Position numbers and translations under genes: made by a program
Notes under the pieces: generated by a model
Database searches by the model: none
What the model was told of the DNA's origin: nothing
The model's input: the letters and a program-made list of their open reading frames with translations, nothing else
Shown here: piece after piece, positions 51,340 through 62,919 of the stretch
Position numbering within the stretch: position 1 is the stretch's first letter
How the letters are laid out: each line of letters opens with the position of its first letter
Source: Leucoraja ocellata
Taxonomy: Eukaryota
NCBI GenBank assembly: GCA_036785375.1
Contig: JAWMAR010000329.1
Coordinates: 2,046,001-2,110,000 of the forward strand
Length of the DNA stretch: 64,000 bases
Reading direction: 5' to 3'

Positions 51340-52205
51340 AACTGTCTGCTCTACAACATTACCCAGAGGTTTACCATTTACTGTGTAGGTCCTGCCCTTG
51401 TTCGACGTCCCAAAATGCAACATCACACTTCTCTATATTAAATTCCATCAACCATTCCTCTGCCTACCTGGCCAATCGATCCAGATCCTGCTGCAATCGT
51501 TCACAACCATCTTCACTATCTGTAAAACCACTAACTTTTGTATCATCAGCAAACTTGCTAATCTTGCCCTGTACGTTCTCATCCAAATCATTGATGTAGA
51601 TGACAAACAATATCGGGCCCAGCACCGAACTCTTAGGCACACCACTAATCATGGGCATCCAGTCTGAGAAGCAACCTTCTACCATCACCCTCTGCTTCCT
51701 TCCATGGAGCCAATTTGCTATCCATTCAGCTATCTCTCCTTGGATCCCGTGCAATCTAACCTTCCAGAGCATCCTACCATGCAGAACCTTGTCGAATACC
51801 TTACTGAAGTCCATGTACACAACATCTACAGCTCTGCTCTCATTAACCTTTTTGGTCACGTCTTCAAAAAAATCAGTCAGATTTGTGAGACACGACCTCC
51901 CACGTACAAAACCATGCGGACTATCCCTCATCAGCCCTTGCCCATCCAAATACCTATATATCCTATCCCTCAGAATTCTCTCCAGTAATTTACCAACTAC
52001 AGATGTTAAGCTCACCGGCCTATAGTTCTCAGCATTTTCCATGCAGCCCTTCTTGGAAAGAAGTACAACATTTGCCACCCTCCAGTCTTCCAGCACCTCT
52101 CCTATATTTAAGGATGTAAATTTCAACCAGGGCTCCCGTAATTTTCTCTCTAATTTCCCACAATGTCCTCCGATATATCTGATCAGGCCCTGGGGATTTG
52201 TCAAG
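51340..52205 (-). mobile_element. CR1 LINE ORF2 reverse transcriptase fragment
   Basis: NYRPVSLTSVVGKLLE, HGFVRGRSCLTNL, YMDFSKVFDKV, GVPKSSVLGP, KFADDTK. Truncated, with a stop after the FADD motif. Confidence 0.95.
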
Positions 52206-55079
52206 ACAATGTAGCACCAACAGACTCTTCCACAGATGGACTAGTTGCAGGCAAACAGCTCGGAGAAGTAAATGGTTGAGTAGGTGATAAGGTAATCCTT
52301 TGTGTTCCAGGAGGTTCTCAGTGCCACCCAGAATGCTCCTTCTCCATCTTAAGAATTCATGGGTGAGAGATTCCTTGGAGTCAGTGGAGATGGTGAATTT
52401 CTTCAAGGAATACATCTGTAGATCCCCATCCTTTCCCTGCCATGAAATCTTTTCCCACGGAATAGTGTCTGTTTCAGGAATCTACTGTCAGAAATGCAAA
52501 CATCGTGGCATGCCTACCCTAGTCAGCAAAGTGATAATAGGGCTTCAGCACAGTGTTGGTCCAGGATAGTAACTCTGGTCCACTTGTTCTGCCAGTGAAT
52601 TTGGAGAATTTGTTTGGACACCATTGTAGGTAATGTAAGGAGGGCGCTGACCTCCCACTCATGATCCAGTTATGTCTGCTAAGTAGATATGTGGCAGCAC
52701 TGGTCTCTAAGATCAATGGAATTAGGGAGCCAAGAGAGAAGCAATGCATCTGAAATGGGAACTGAAATGCACCAAAATTATTTATTAAGTTTAAACAATA
52801 AGCTGTGTCTTTTGGCAGAGATATAAACAGCACCATGAAAATACAAAACTATGTAATGTGTCATTCTAAAGGATCTTTAAAATTACTCCAACGCTTTATG
52901 CAACTATTGATATTTCTATCGTTTGATGTTCTATCTTGATTGGCGCATCTGGATTTCAAATGTCAGGTATTTTATTCAACTACGCTTGCTTTGAATGTTG
53001 AAGCCTCCAGTCAAATGGTTAATTAGAAGACTGGAAGTGCGATGCTTCCACCAAAGACACAGGACTCGGACCTCTCCTGTTTCCTCGGTAACCGTTGACA
53101 AACTTCAGTGCGGCCGATCAAATTTGCCACCAACTGAGCACGTACTAATTGGGGAAGGTGGGGGAACTTTGCAGGGGGGATAAATTGTATTTTTATATCT
53201 TGCTAGTACTTTGGACTGGTACGTTGGTACTTGCAGTTGTTATTGTCAGTGCTGATGTTATGTTGGCTTTTAGTTTAAAAGAAGCACATTTATGTTGAGA
53301 TACAAACGCAGAATGTTTCTTCGCACTTAGGTTTTCAGGTGTGTGTGTGTGTGGTGCACCCCAGCTTGGATACGTTGATATTATGCACATAAATGCTTCC
53401 CTGCCTTTCCAGCAATTTTGCCCAGGTTCCTGTTTTATTGATCACCACACTTCTTCTTATGCGTTTTGTTCTCTGAACATTTAATCATTTCTTTCCCATG
53501 TCTGTCAGTGGTTCTGTGACCTTTGCACAGTGTAAAGACCAGAGCTCCCCAGTACTCTTAAATGTGAGTATAGGAGCAGGGAGGTTCTACTGCAGTTGTA
53601 CAGGGCCTTGGATGATCAGCCATGATTATATTGAATGGCGGTGCAGGCTCGAAGGGCCGAATGGCCTACTCCTGCACCTAATTTCTATGTTTCTATGTAG
53701 CCAGATTTGGGACTTAAACAATTTTAACACAACTCAGTGTTTTTGTTAGCCTTTTAGTTTGCTGTTCATATTACTTTTAAATAATGTAATTGCCAGTACT
53801 TTGGTTCTGTCATAACATTTGTAAAACTACAATTGCACACAAACTGGGTTAACAATAGAAAGATTTGACGTCTAATTTATTATTAATCCTCACGATTTAA
53901 ATCAGTGAATATTTCCTAATCTAAAGATTTCTTTAGGAATGACTGCACAGCAAAATACCAAGTGTTGTTATCTGGAACATTGACGATCATTGTGATAACT
54001 GTACTTCTATAAATGTAAAGATCTAATTTTTGAGGGAAATCTTAGTGAGGGCAGACTATTGTTTTAAATTGTTGTTAAAGTGCAGGCCCCGTGTTGAAAG
54101 TAAAATCTTGAGCCTTTGTTCACCCCCCTTCAATATGTGTGGTTTAGAAAAATAATTGCTCACAACCAAAGGCATGTTTGAAAAGATAAAGAATATATTG
54201 TGACTCAGATTAATATTATTTCATGTGCTCCACTGGATACAGACAATTATTATAATTTGAATTTCCATAGATTCTGCTCCAACATTTTGATTATGTTGTA
54301 AAACAGTATGCTGGGGATGTTACACTGGAATATGATTGCTGTTTATCTTCAATACTATGGTTGTATCCTTGTAAAAGGATGAGAGTAGCAAAACAAAGAA
54401 GCCAAAACAGGAACTGGAGAGGCACCCAGGATGTGACAAAACAGAAAAAGAATTTTGAATTGATCAATGTTTCCGTAGCAAGATTGCACTGAAGGAGTAC
54501 ACATATTAATCCCTTAGAATCCTCACATTATATTGGCTGAACTTGTCTTGATGAAAACTTGTTTTTGCAATGCACAGAGGGGCTTGCTCCTTAGGTTTTT
54601 ACTTCAGATGTTTATTTGTTTTGTCATCTTGTTGAATCATTTGATATTCAAGAAGATCCCGATAAAGTCAATATTAAAATATTTGAACTTGGATCATATT
54701 CAGAGTAATATTTTGTAAATAAATTAATCTGCGATTTGTAAAGTTTGAGAACTGTAAAAGGTTTATGATCAAATATTTGTATTAATTGGCTTTTAAAAGC
54801 AAGATTATGCATCGTTTTTCAATGGTAAATTAATTATGTAATGTGGAATTTTCAAGTTATTTTTTTTAATCCTATGTTAATTTAATTTTGAATGAAAACA
54901 GACACCTTAGAGTTGACATTTCACGGCAAATTGCAAAGTTTTTTCAATGTTGAATCTTAATCTAAAATTGAAGGCTTTGCTTCCTTCCATAACACACTTC
55001 CCACAGTTATGTCACGTATGCAAACTAAAGCAAAAGTATGAGACAAACAGCCATTAAAGAGTCAACTTTCTGAAAAGCT

Positions 55080-56581
55080 GCAGTTTGACCACATGGGGCT
55101 GAAACGTAATCGGGGAAGGGGAGAGTGCACAAGGTCGAATCTTCAGTGGCATTCATAATGTTGCGCGATTGGCGGTGAAAATAGGATCACAACAGATGCT
55201 ATTCAGTGTTGTGTGTGACAGAGCAAGTGAGGGGGAGAGGGAGAGAGAGAGAGAGCAACCAAAAAAGGGCGTTTCTTTGTCTGTACAGCAAGGAGACACT
55301 GAAGTCGGTTGAGAGAGGAAAGAATCCAGTGGAAACCGTTTGCTTAGAGTACTGCCTAAGATCTTGTGGCAGTTTTACAATCAAATAAAAGAAGTAAGTG
55401 TTTAAAACTCTTTTTAACCTCTTCCTAAGTTCTGGAAAGTTGACAAGGCTGCTGCAAGATTCTTTGTGGTGAAGAGAGCGTAACTGCATCTAATTAGGCA
55501 CAGAAGCTGACGTAGGCTATGGGATTAATCACAGCAGCTTTACATTGCCCATGAACAAACCAGTCGTGCTAACTTTCTCTAGACAGCACATGCTAAGGAA
55601 GGAGCAGCGCTGGGATTTTTGGAAAAGCTGGACAGAGCGTGGCAGCTCTCAACACTCTTTTGTTCAACAGCAATAGTTTGCCTTGTACAACGTGACAACT
55701 GGACCCTACGTTTTGAAGAGAATTGTCAGTCATACCTCTCGCAGTCTGGTTGCTGCTGTTCACAACGCAAAAGGAGAAAGTTTTTTTTAACCAACATCTG
55801 AGGAAAAATAAAAATAATGCCTGGATTAAAACGGGAATAAATAGATAAACGAACCTTGCTGGAAGAGGATCCGTGGCTTTAAGAGCAGTGCATTTTAAAT
55901 TGGAGTTAAACAGTGTAAACTGTACACTGACTGGAATTACAGGATTTTGCCAAATACCTTAAACCTGAAAAGTATTTATTTTCCAATCAATAAATTAATA
56001 GTTTTCTCTCAAGGAAGTCTCATCTGGAAACTTTTAGCCATTGTTCTGAAGTTGAACACTTTTTTAAAAAATGCCATGATGTTGCTAAGGGAGGAAGCAG
56101 CTGAAGCCCCACTGATTGAAGAACTTCCTGTCTTTGAATCTGCCGGAATATCCGCCAAGAATCACTTTTCAAAAGAAAACATGTGGAATTTCAAGGACTG
56201 CCTCTCTTGCAGCAGCTGGGCATTTGGGCATTGTAGTTTGTGGTTAAAATGAAAGGAATTTGCACAGAGTTGGAATACAGTCTTTGAAATACCTTTCTCT
56301 TGTCAGCCGTCATGCATTTGAACTGAAAACTCGAAAGAATCCGAATTGAATGCACAAATTGGTTTGGTTGTTGTTTTCCTGGAATGATTTTATAGTTTGC
56401 CTGGGCTTCATTGGTATGACAAGTGAGTAACATGTTGTTGGAATATCTAAATATAACGGCGTGCCTTTTGGATTAAAATATACGGATACATTCTACTATC
56501 GGATGTGGAATACAGTTCATTATCTTTTTTTTAAAAATTGATCTACTTTGTACTGTGGGTATTTGAAATTCCAATCTAATT
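55080..56581 (+). promoter_or_regulatory. Candidate internal promoter and long 5' leader of the KIAA0754-like exon
   Basis: No recognisable repeats. Inverted CCAAT (GATTGG near 55167), GA-rich tract 55229-55255, CRE-like TGACGTA near 55508, several upstream ATGs. The TSS cannot be located from sequence. Confidence 0.45.
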
Positions 56582-59500
56582 ATGGGGAAGCCACTCAGTA
56601 GGCCAGACTGTTTGCGACGTAATAATCCCACCTGTTTAAGAAAGAATGAAGAGGACGACATGTACATTGAAGATTGCTACATTCCGCAAAGATCTATTTA
56701 CGACACCATGAGAATTAATGAACAGATAGACCTCGGGGCAAAGGCTAACCCGCCATCAAGATGTTTTGTTGACCACACACATTCGCAAACCCAGAGAGCT
56801 GTGGACTCGAGCACTTTATCAAGTAATGGAACGCCCACTACATCAAATGTATTTGAAACGCGATTTAGTTCTGAAAGTAAAAAGTTGGATGAAAGACTTA
56901 TATTTGACGCATTAAAACTGAGCAGTGATGTTATTCGGTCTTCTGGTCCACCAAAGCGGAGACCGCACGTAGAGAGAAAGGAAAACACAAATAGGAGATC
57001 CTGGAAAGCTTTCCTGCCTCCAAATTTCCCAGACTTCACAGAACGAACGGAGGTGTCCGCCAATGAGCCGACCGGTAGTTCTAATTCAATTAAAGAGAAG
57101 AGGCTTTCTAGCCACTTGCTTGCTGAAAGTCCTGATCTATCTTCTGAAAAAGAACTGATCGTAGCTAAGTCAACAATAGAAAATGAACACAAATCTGCCA
57201 GAACCCTGGTCTTTCAGCAAAGAGCAGAAAGCAAATTGAAAACTCCTGCAGTTTTATCTCAAAGTTCAGAGAGTGAAAGTGCTCCATTAATGGAGTGTAA
57301 ACATGTACTGGAGATGGCAAGATTTTTACCAGAGCATCATACAAGTATATCTGCAACATGGCCCAGAGCCTTCAAGGCCCAAGGGACATTGGAAGATGCC
57401 TCATTTCTACATAAAAGAACAATTGATCTGGCACAGGAAAGTATCGTTACCTATGCAGCATCTCTGGAATGTCGAGGGGTGTTGGATTCTGGTGCAACCA
57501 GACTAGATGTGCAGGAGGTTACAGCTGAATTTGATGAACAGAATTATGAAGAGGCTTGTAAATGCCACATTAACCCTGAGATGGTGCACCGGTGTGAAAC
57601 TGAAGAAATGCTATTTACGTCAGAATTTCTGAGTGAAGAATTAGCACTTCAGCAACTAGATGCTGTAATCCTGGAAGGTAGAGAGGAAGATACTGACTCC
57701 CTATTGCAGTTTGAGCAAGAGGAGCAAAGATTGACTGAGGAAAAAGACAATCTCATTGAAGACTCGGTACCTCAACAGTTAGATCGCTTAATTATTAAGC
57801 AGGTAGATGACACAGTCACTCCAATATTTGAAAAAGAAAAAGTGATTGATGACGAGGAGCCTGGTAAGAAACAATTTCACCGATATACTGCAATAGAGGT
57901 TGTACAGGGAGATACTGAATCACTAATACAATTTAAAGATGAAAGAAACCCTATGGATAATGAAAGGTATATTTCTGAGGAATCATTTCAGCTAGATGAT
58001 GTAGCCTTGGGGGAGGCAGAGGGGGATACAGATTCTCTGATACAATTTGAAGAAATGGAGCAAAGCCTCATTGAAGATGCAGAATTGTACGATGAATTGG
58101 CATTTCAGCAACTAGATGCTGTCATTTTGGAAAACACAGAGGTATTCCATTTTGCAATGCAGCTTGAAGAAGATGGGAGACTGATTGAAGATGAAAAATT
58201 CCTGGATGAAAAATCAGCACTTCAGCAGCTCGATGCAATCATCTTGGAAAACACAGAGAGAGATGCAGTCTCTCCCACACATTTTTACGAAGAGCAGAGA
58301 CAGACGGAAGACAATTTCATTTTTGAAGAGGCTGCACGTCAATTGGATGCTGTAATCTTGGAGAACACGAAAGGAGATGCAGACTCCCTCCTCCAGTTTG
58401 AAGATGAAGAGCGAAAGATGATTGCAGACAGCAAAGATCTCTTTGAAGAATCAGCATTTCAACAGCTGGATGCTGTCATCTTGGCAAGCACAGAGGGGGG
58501 TGCACATTCGTTAAGGTTTGAACAGGATGAGAAGAGAGTTATGGGGACGGCCAAAATAATGGAATCCGACGTATTAATAGAAGGGGAAAAAGAATTTATA
58601 ACTTTACAAACATTGAGCTCTTTAGTCAGCCGGAGTTCAGAGGAAGAGAAAATATTTGAAGAGTTAGAAAACAAACAGCATCGCCTGAGGAGAGTTATTG
58701 CAACTGAACAAAGATCAACTACTTCTACAGAATGGAAATATTATGCTGATCAGAAAGAGATATCCGAATGTATCTTTCTACAAGGGTCTGATACTGACCC
58801 TGATGCCAATGTAAATCAAGAACTTACAAATGTATCTGAAGAAGACTACAATTTACAAATTGGTCACGATGCCTCCGAAGTTATGATCGATGCAAATGAG
58901 GTGTTCATTGACGAAAATAGTAATAAAGATGAAGAAACCGCATTTGTGGTGGAGGTTACAGGTAGTGACTGTGAAACTTTAATTGACGGATGTGGAATGC
59001 AGAGTACTGGTGTAAAATGTGAAGGACAACTAAACTCTCTTCATTTCGAAGAATGTGAACCAATTGCTCTTTGCCCCCCAGCAAATCCATGCACACCAAC
59101 AGATTCAGATCTTGCTCATTATGCTCAGGAAGTGGTCATGTTGTCTGCTGTTGAAGAAAATCCGGACATGCCGACAGACTTTGTCCACTTAAATGAACAT
59201 CAGCTTATTACTGAAATTCCTTCAACAGATTCCATCGAAGCCTCGTATCTCGATCTCTCGCACTGTGCTCAGCAGATGGCAACGTTGCACTGTGTGGAGG
59301 AGACCAGGGATATGCAGGCGGCTTTGGTCCAGTTAGAAGAATGTGAAATGGTTGCTGAGCCCCCTACGACGAGTTGTCCTTTCCATCCTTTAGCACCTAG
59401 TGTAGATTTCACAAACTGTTCTCAGGAAGTTATAATTTCTAATGTGATTGATGCAGACTGTGATGCAGACAAACTTCCTGGTAATTCCGATGAAGAAGAG

Positions 59501-60208
59501 CATGATTTTAATTTGGAAAGTAAAAGCCTTGAATTTGAAGAATGTGAAGTTAATGTTCAATCAGAGTTCTCTGACTTAGTGGAGTCTGATGCAGCAGAGA
59601 TTCATAGTCTTCAGAGGGACAACTTCACTGATTTTCAATGGGACAAACAGAAAGGTTTGATAGAGTTGGATGCAATAATATGCTCAGACATTACCGACCC
59701 TGTTGCTTTAGATCCAGTGGACACTGATACCACAGAAACACCATGTAACAGTGATAACTCAAAAATAAATTCTACGCCGGATGCGCTTGTTCAACACGGG
59801 ATAAGTGAGGTCTTGTTGATTGATGAGGATACTGACGAGCAGGTACTCGAAGCAATCAGGTTCCTTTTCCAATCTGACGAAGATGAGGAAACTATTAACA
59901 CCACCATGGAAAGACAAGCAAACAAAGCTCAAAGTTGGGAGACTAGCCTGCAGGCTGATGTGCTGGAAAATGTTTCCACTTCATACCTTGATGATGACTT
60001 TATCGAAGAAGGAACGCTGGAATCTTTATTTGAGATGCAGGAAGCAAGCTTTGAATCCAGCCCTTGGGGATTATCCTTAGACCCAGGACCACTCTGTGAA
60101 CTGGTTGAGACCGGTGGAGGCTGCTTCGCTGTGAAAGCTAATCAACTCGATTCTTCTGCTCAAAGTGATACAGATGATGAGGTATTTATCTTCCTCTCTG
60201 ATGCTTAA
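56582..60208 (+). CDS. KIAA0754: KIAA0754-like 1208-aa acidic ORF nested in the MACF1 intron; probable alternative first coding exon (56582-60181 if spliced)
   Basis: Strong Kozak (A at -3, G at +4). N-terminus MGKPLSRPDCLRR...YIEDCYIPQRSIYDTMRINEQID and blocks KKLDERLIFDALKLSSDV, RRSWKAFLPPNFP and SATWPRA match human KIAA0754 as recalled. Same intronic position within MACF1. Confidence 0.9.
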   Translation: MGKPLSRPDCLRRNNPTCLRKNEEDDMYIEDCYIPQRSIYDTMRINEQIDLGAKANPPSRCFVDHTHSQTQRAVDSSTLSSNGTPTTSNVFETRFSSESKKLDERLIFDALKLSSDVIRSSGPPKRRPHVERKENTNRRSWKAFLPPNFPDFTERTEVSANEPTGSSNSIKEKRLSSHLLAESPDLSSEKELIVAKSTIENEHKSARTLVFQQRAESKLKTPAVLSQSSESESAPLMECKHVLEMARFLPEHHTSISATWPRAFKAQGTLEDASFLHKRTIDLAQESIVTYAASLECRGVLDSGATRLDVQEVTAEFDEQNYEEACKCHINPEMVHRCETEEMLFTSEFLSEELALQQLDAVILEGREEDTDSLLQFEQEEQRLTEEKDNLIEDSVPQQLDRLIIKQVDDTVTPIFEKEKVIDDEEPGKKQFHRYTAIEVVQGDTESLIQFKDERNPMDNERYISEESFQLDDVALGEAEGDTDSLIQFEEMEQSLIEDAELYDELAFQQLDAVILENTEVFHFAMQLEEDGRLIEDEKFLDEKSALQQLDAIILENTERDAVSPTHFYEEQRQTEDNFIFEEAARQLDAVILENTKGDADSLLQFEDEERKMIADSKDLFEESAFQQLDAVILASTEGGAHSLRFEQDEKRVMGTAKIMESDVLIEGEKEFITLQTLSSLVSRSSEEEKIFEELENKQHRLRRVIATEQRSTTSTEWKYYADQKEISECIFLQGSDTDPDANVNQELTNVSEEDYNLQIGHDASEVMIDANEVFIDENSNKDEETAFVVEVTGSDCETLIDGCGMQSTGVKCEGQLNSLHFEECEPIALCPPANPCTPTDSDLAHYAQEVVMLSAVEENPDMPTDFVHLNEHQLITEIPSTDSIEASYLDLSHCAQQMATLHCVEETRDMQAALVQLEECEMVAEPPTTSCPFHPLAPSVDFTNCSQEVIISNVIDADCDADKLPGNSDEEEHDFNLESKSLEFEECEVNVQSEFSDLVESDAAEIHSLQRDNFTDFQWDKQKGLIELDAIICSDITDPVALDPVDTDTTETPCNSDNSKINSTPDALVQHGISEVLLIDEDTDEQVLEAIRFLFQSDEDEETINTTMERQANKAQSWETSLQADVLENVSTSYLDDDFIEEGTLESLFEMQEASFESSPWGLSLDPGPLCELVETGGGCFAVKANQLDSSAQSDTDDEVFIFLSDA

Positions 60209-60383
60209 CATCATTTTTAGGAAACACAGTTGCTTGGGCTTCGCATGAAACCCCATTTGAAACTGCTGAGCTTTATTTACAGTGTCTTGTGACTAAATTA
60301 GAAATGTAGAACTTTTTGATGGATTTTCATCAACAACTGCAATATTTGTAACCGTTTTAAGTAACAATTTCCCTCCAGGGATG

Positions 60384-60389
60384 AATAAA
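60384..60389 (+). terminator. Candidate AATAAA poly(A) signal about 175 nt after the KIAA0754-like stop
   Basis: AATAAA followed by T/GT-rich sequence. Context resembles a retroelement 3' tail. Confidence 0.35.
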
Positions 60390-62919
60390 GTTTTATCGTA
60401 TCGTTAGTAAACTGTGTGTGACTTCAGCCTTTCAAGGTCCTTCACCATGAGCTGCATTCAATGTCCTGTTTGTGAAATACATTTACTATATTATGACCTT
60501 CATATTACTGTAAATATATTTCACAAACACTCATTAAAAGCTTCCGCAAGATCTATGTCACTGTGGCAACTATTATTGCTCAGCTAATTACTTAAAACAA
60601 AATGTATGTGTCGACGGAGATGGGGCCATTCCGTTACGAGGAGAGACTGTACCGGTTGTCTTTGTTTTCCTTTGAGTGGAGGAAGCTGAAAGGAACTTGA
60701 CAGGGATGTACTAAATTACACGAGGCTCATAGAGGGTGGACAGGGACATACCTTATCCACAACCAAGACGTCTGAAATCAAAGGGCATAGCTTTAAGGTG
60801 AGGGGGAGAGGGGACCTGAGGAATATATTTGCAATCTAGCATGTAGTGCCTGAAAAGATAGGAGGTAAGTGCTTGCAACATTATACATTTACCTGGATAA
60901 GCTCTTGAATCACCAAGGCAAGGAAGGGTGAAAACCAAGTGCTGCTGAAAGGGATTGGTGCAGCTGAGTGCCCAGTGGTCAGCGTGCACCACGGCGCCCA
61001 TTTTTGTGTCAATGTTTCAGTAATATAGAAGCTAAAGGTAGAATGGGAGAAAATAAATGTGGCATTGGCTGTCGATGGTTATTACAGGATGAGGTTGGAT
61101 AATATTTCAATGCCGACATAATGTTTATTTAGATTCCGATGAAAGATTTTTTATTTAGCTTCTTTGAAATTACCGCTGCACAGATTAGGTTTCAAGTCGG
61201 GGCTCAGATTTGGTGATTTGCATGGTTTTAATGTGGAGGTGCAAGCAGACAAGTTTGATTGTTAAAAATATTTCTGCTGGCCTGATTAAAATCCCTTTAT
61301 ATTTTGTATTCGTACACCAGATAGAGATGGAGCTACCAAGGCTAACGTTACTCTTCACTTACTGTGTGAGAAAGTAGTGCTACGGTGCCTTCTCTAACTG
61401 CTGTGATCCATTGTTGAAGGTGGAGAGGCTGTTAGGTGGAGAGTTCAGCACATTTTCTCAGCAACAGTGAAGGAATAGCAACATGTTGTGCAGCGTGGAG
61501 GTTGCACCTGCAATCATTGACTTTTTATTTGGAACAGGTCAGGAGTATAGTCAAATACGTTTTAACAAGTTGATTAAATACAGATGACAAACGTAGAAAT
61601 AAGGAACTGCAGATGCTGATTTACGAAATAAAAAACATAAAAGTGCTGAAGTAACTCAGTGGAACAGGCAGCATCTCTGGAGAACGTGGATAGGTGACGT
61701 TTTGGGTTCAAGTTCACATTTATTGTCACATGTTGAGTTACATGATATTTGAGTTACCATGCAGCCATACAAGTAAAAAAGCAAACCATACACAATAGAG
61801 TTTAACATAAACATCCACCACAGTGGAATCAGCACTCTTCACTGTGATGGAAGGCAATTGTGTATTGTTGCTGTCCCTACCACTTCTTATTTTTGTTTCA
61901 TTTTGTTTATATGTTTGTAATTTGCTTGTTTTAATCTGTAAGGTGTCATTGAGAGTCCTGAAAGGCACCCATAAATAAGATGCATTATTATTAATATTAT
62001 TATTAATAAAGTTCAGTCATTCTTTGTTCAATCATTCAGATCTGATGAAGAGATAGTTTTAGAGGGAATGAATGATTACGGTGTGGGATGGGCGGCAAGT
62101 CCAGCTGGCTACTTTGCCTCAATAGTGTTGTTGTGATTTGAAATTGTTGGCATTGCACCCAACCAAAGCGAGTAGCAAGCACCATATCACTTGTGCCTTG
62201 TTATCAGGGTGTGAATATGTGAGTCGCTTGCCATATGATTTAGTCTCTGACCTGCATTTAGAGCCATGGTCGTTACTTATCTAGCTGTTGTTGAGATATT
62301 GGTTAATGGTGACAACCCCTCCCCCCCCCCCACACACACACACACAACCTACCCTCTGCAAGTTGCTGATAGTGGGGGCCGGGAAACTGCTTGTGCACGT
62401 CAAAGATAGGTGCCTAGACATTGGAGGTGCTCATTGCCTGACACTTGACACAAATGCTACTTGCCACTTGTCTGCCCATTCCTGCACTTGCTCTGTTTAT
62501 TTTCTCTTTGTGCACTCATCCATACATGATATGAATGCAGTATGATCGGTATGGATATCATTGTGCTTTTCACTGTATCTTAGTACACGTGACAATAATA
62601 TACCAAAAACAATCTGGAACTCCCTCCCTCTGATGGCTCGTTGAGATAATTATTCTGGCAGCATTTAAGAAGTAATTAGATGAGCGCTTGAAATTGTACA
62701 GATGTTCATGAACCAAATGCTGAGAAATAGGATTCCTATGGGCCAGCGTGTACCAAAGGCCTGTTTATGTATTGTCTGACTGGATTTGTATTGTCTGACT
62801 GGATTTGCTCCTTTTTCTGTTTTCAGGTGCTTTATATACATTAGAGCTCGCCATATTACCTGATAAATATATTCCAAAGTCTTGTACTTTCATATTCCTA
62901 TATTTTGAAATCAAAGTGG

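Noticed and set aside
51464-52204. Active or domesticated reverse transcriptase
   Set aside because: Truncated CR1 piece with a degraded QGSVLGP motif, a premature stop and no endonuclease.
62766-62808. Short tandem duplications (also 15335-15385) and G-runs (153, 7540, 35000)
   Set aside because: Ordinary replication slippage, often within decayed TEs; no evidence of function.
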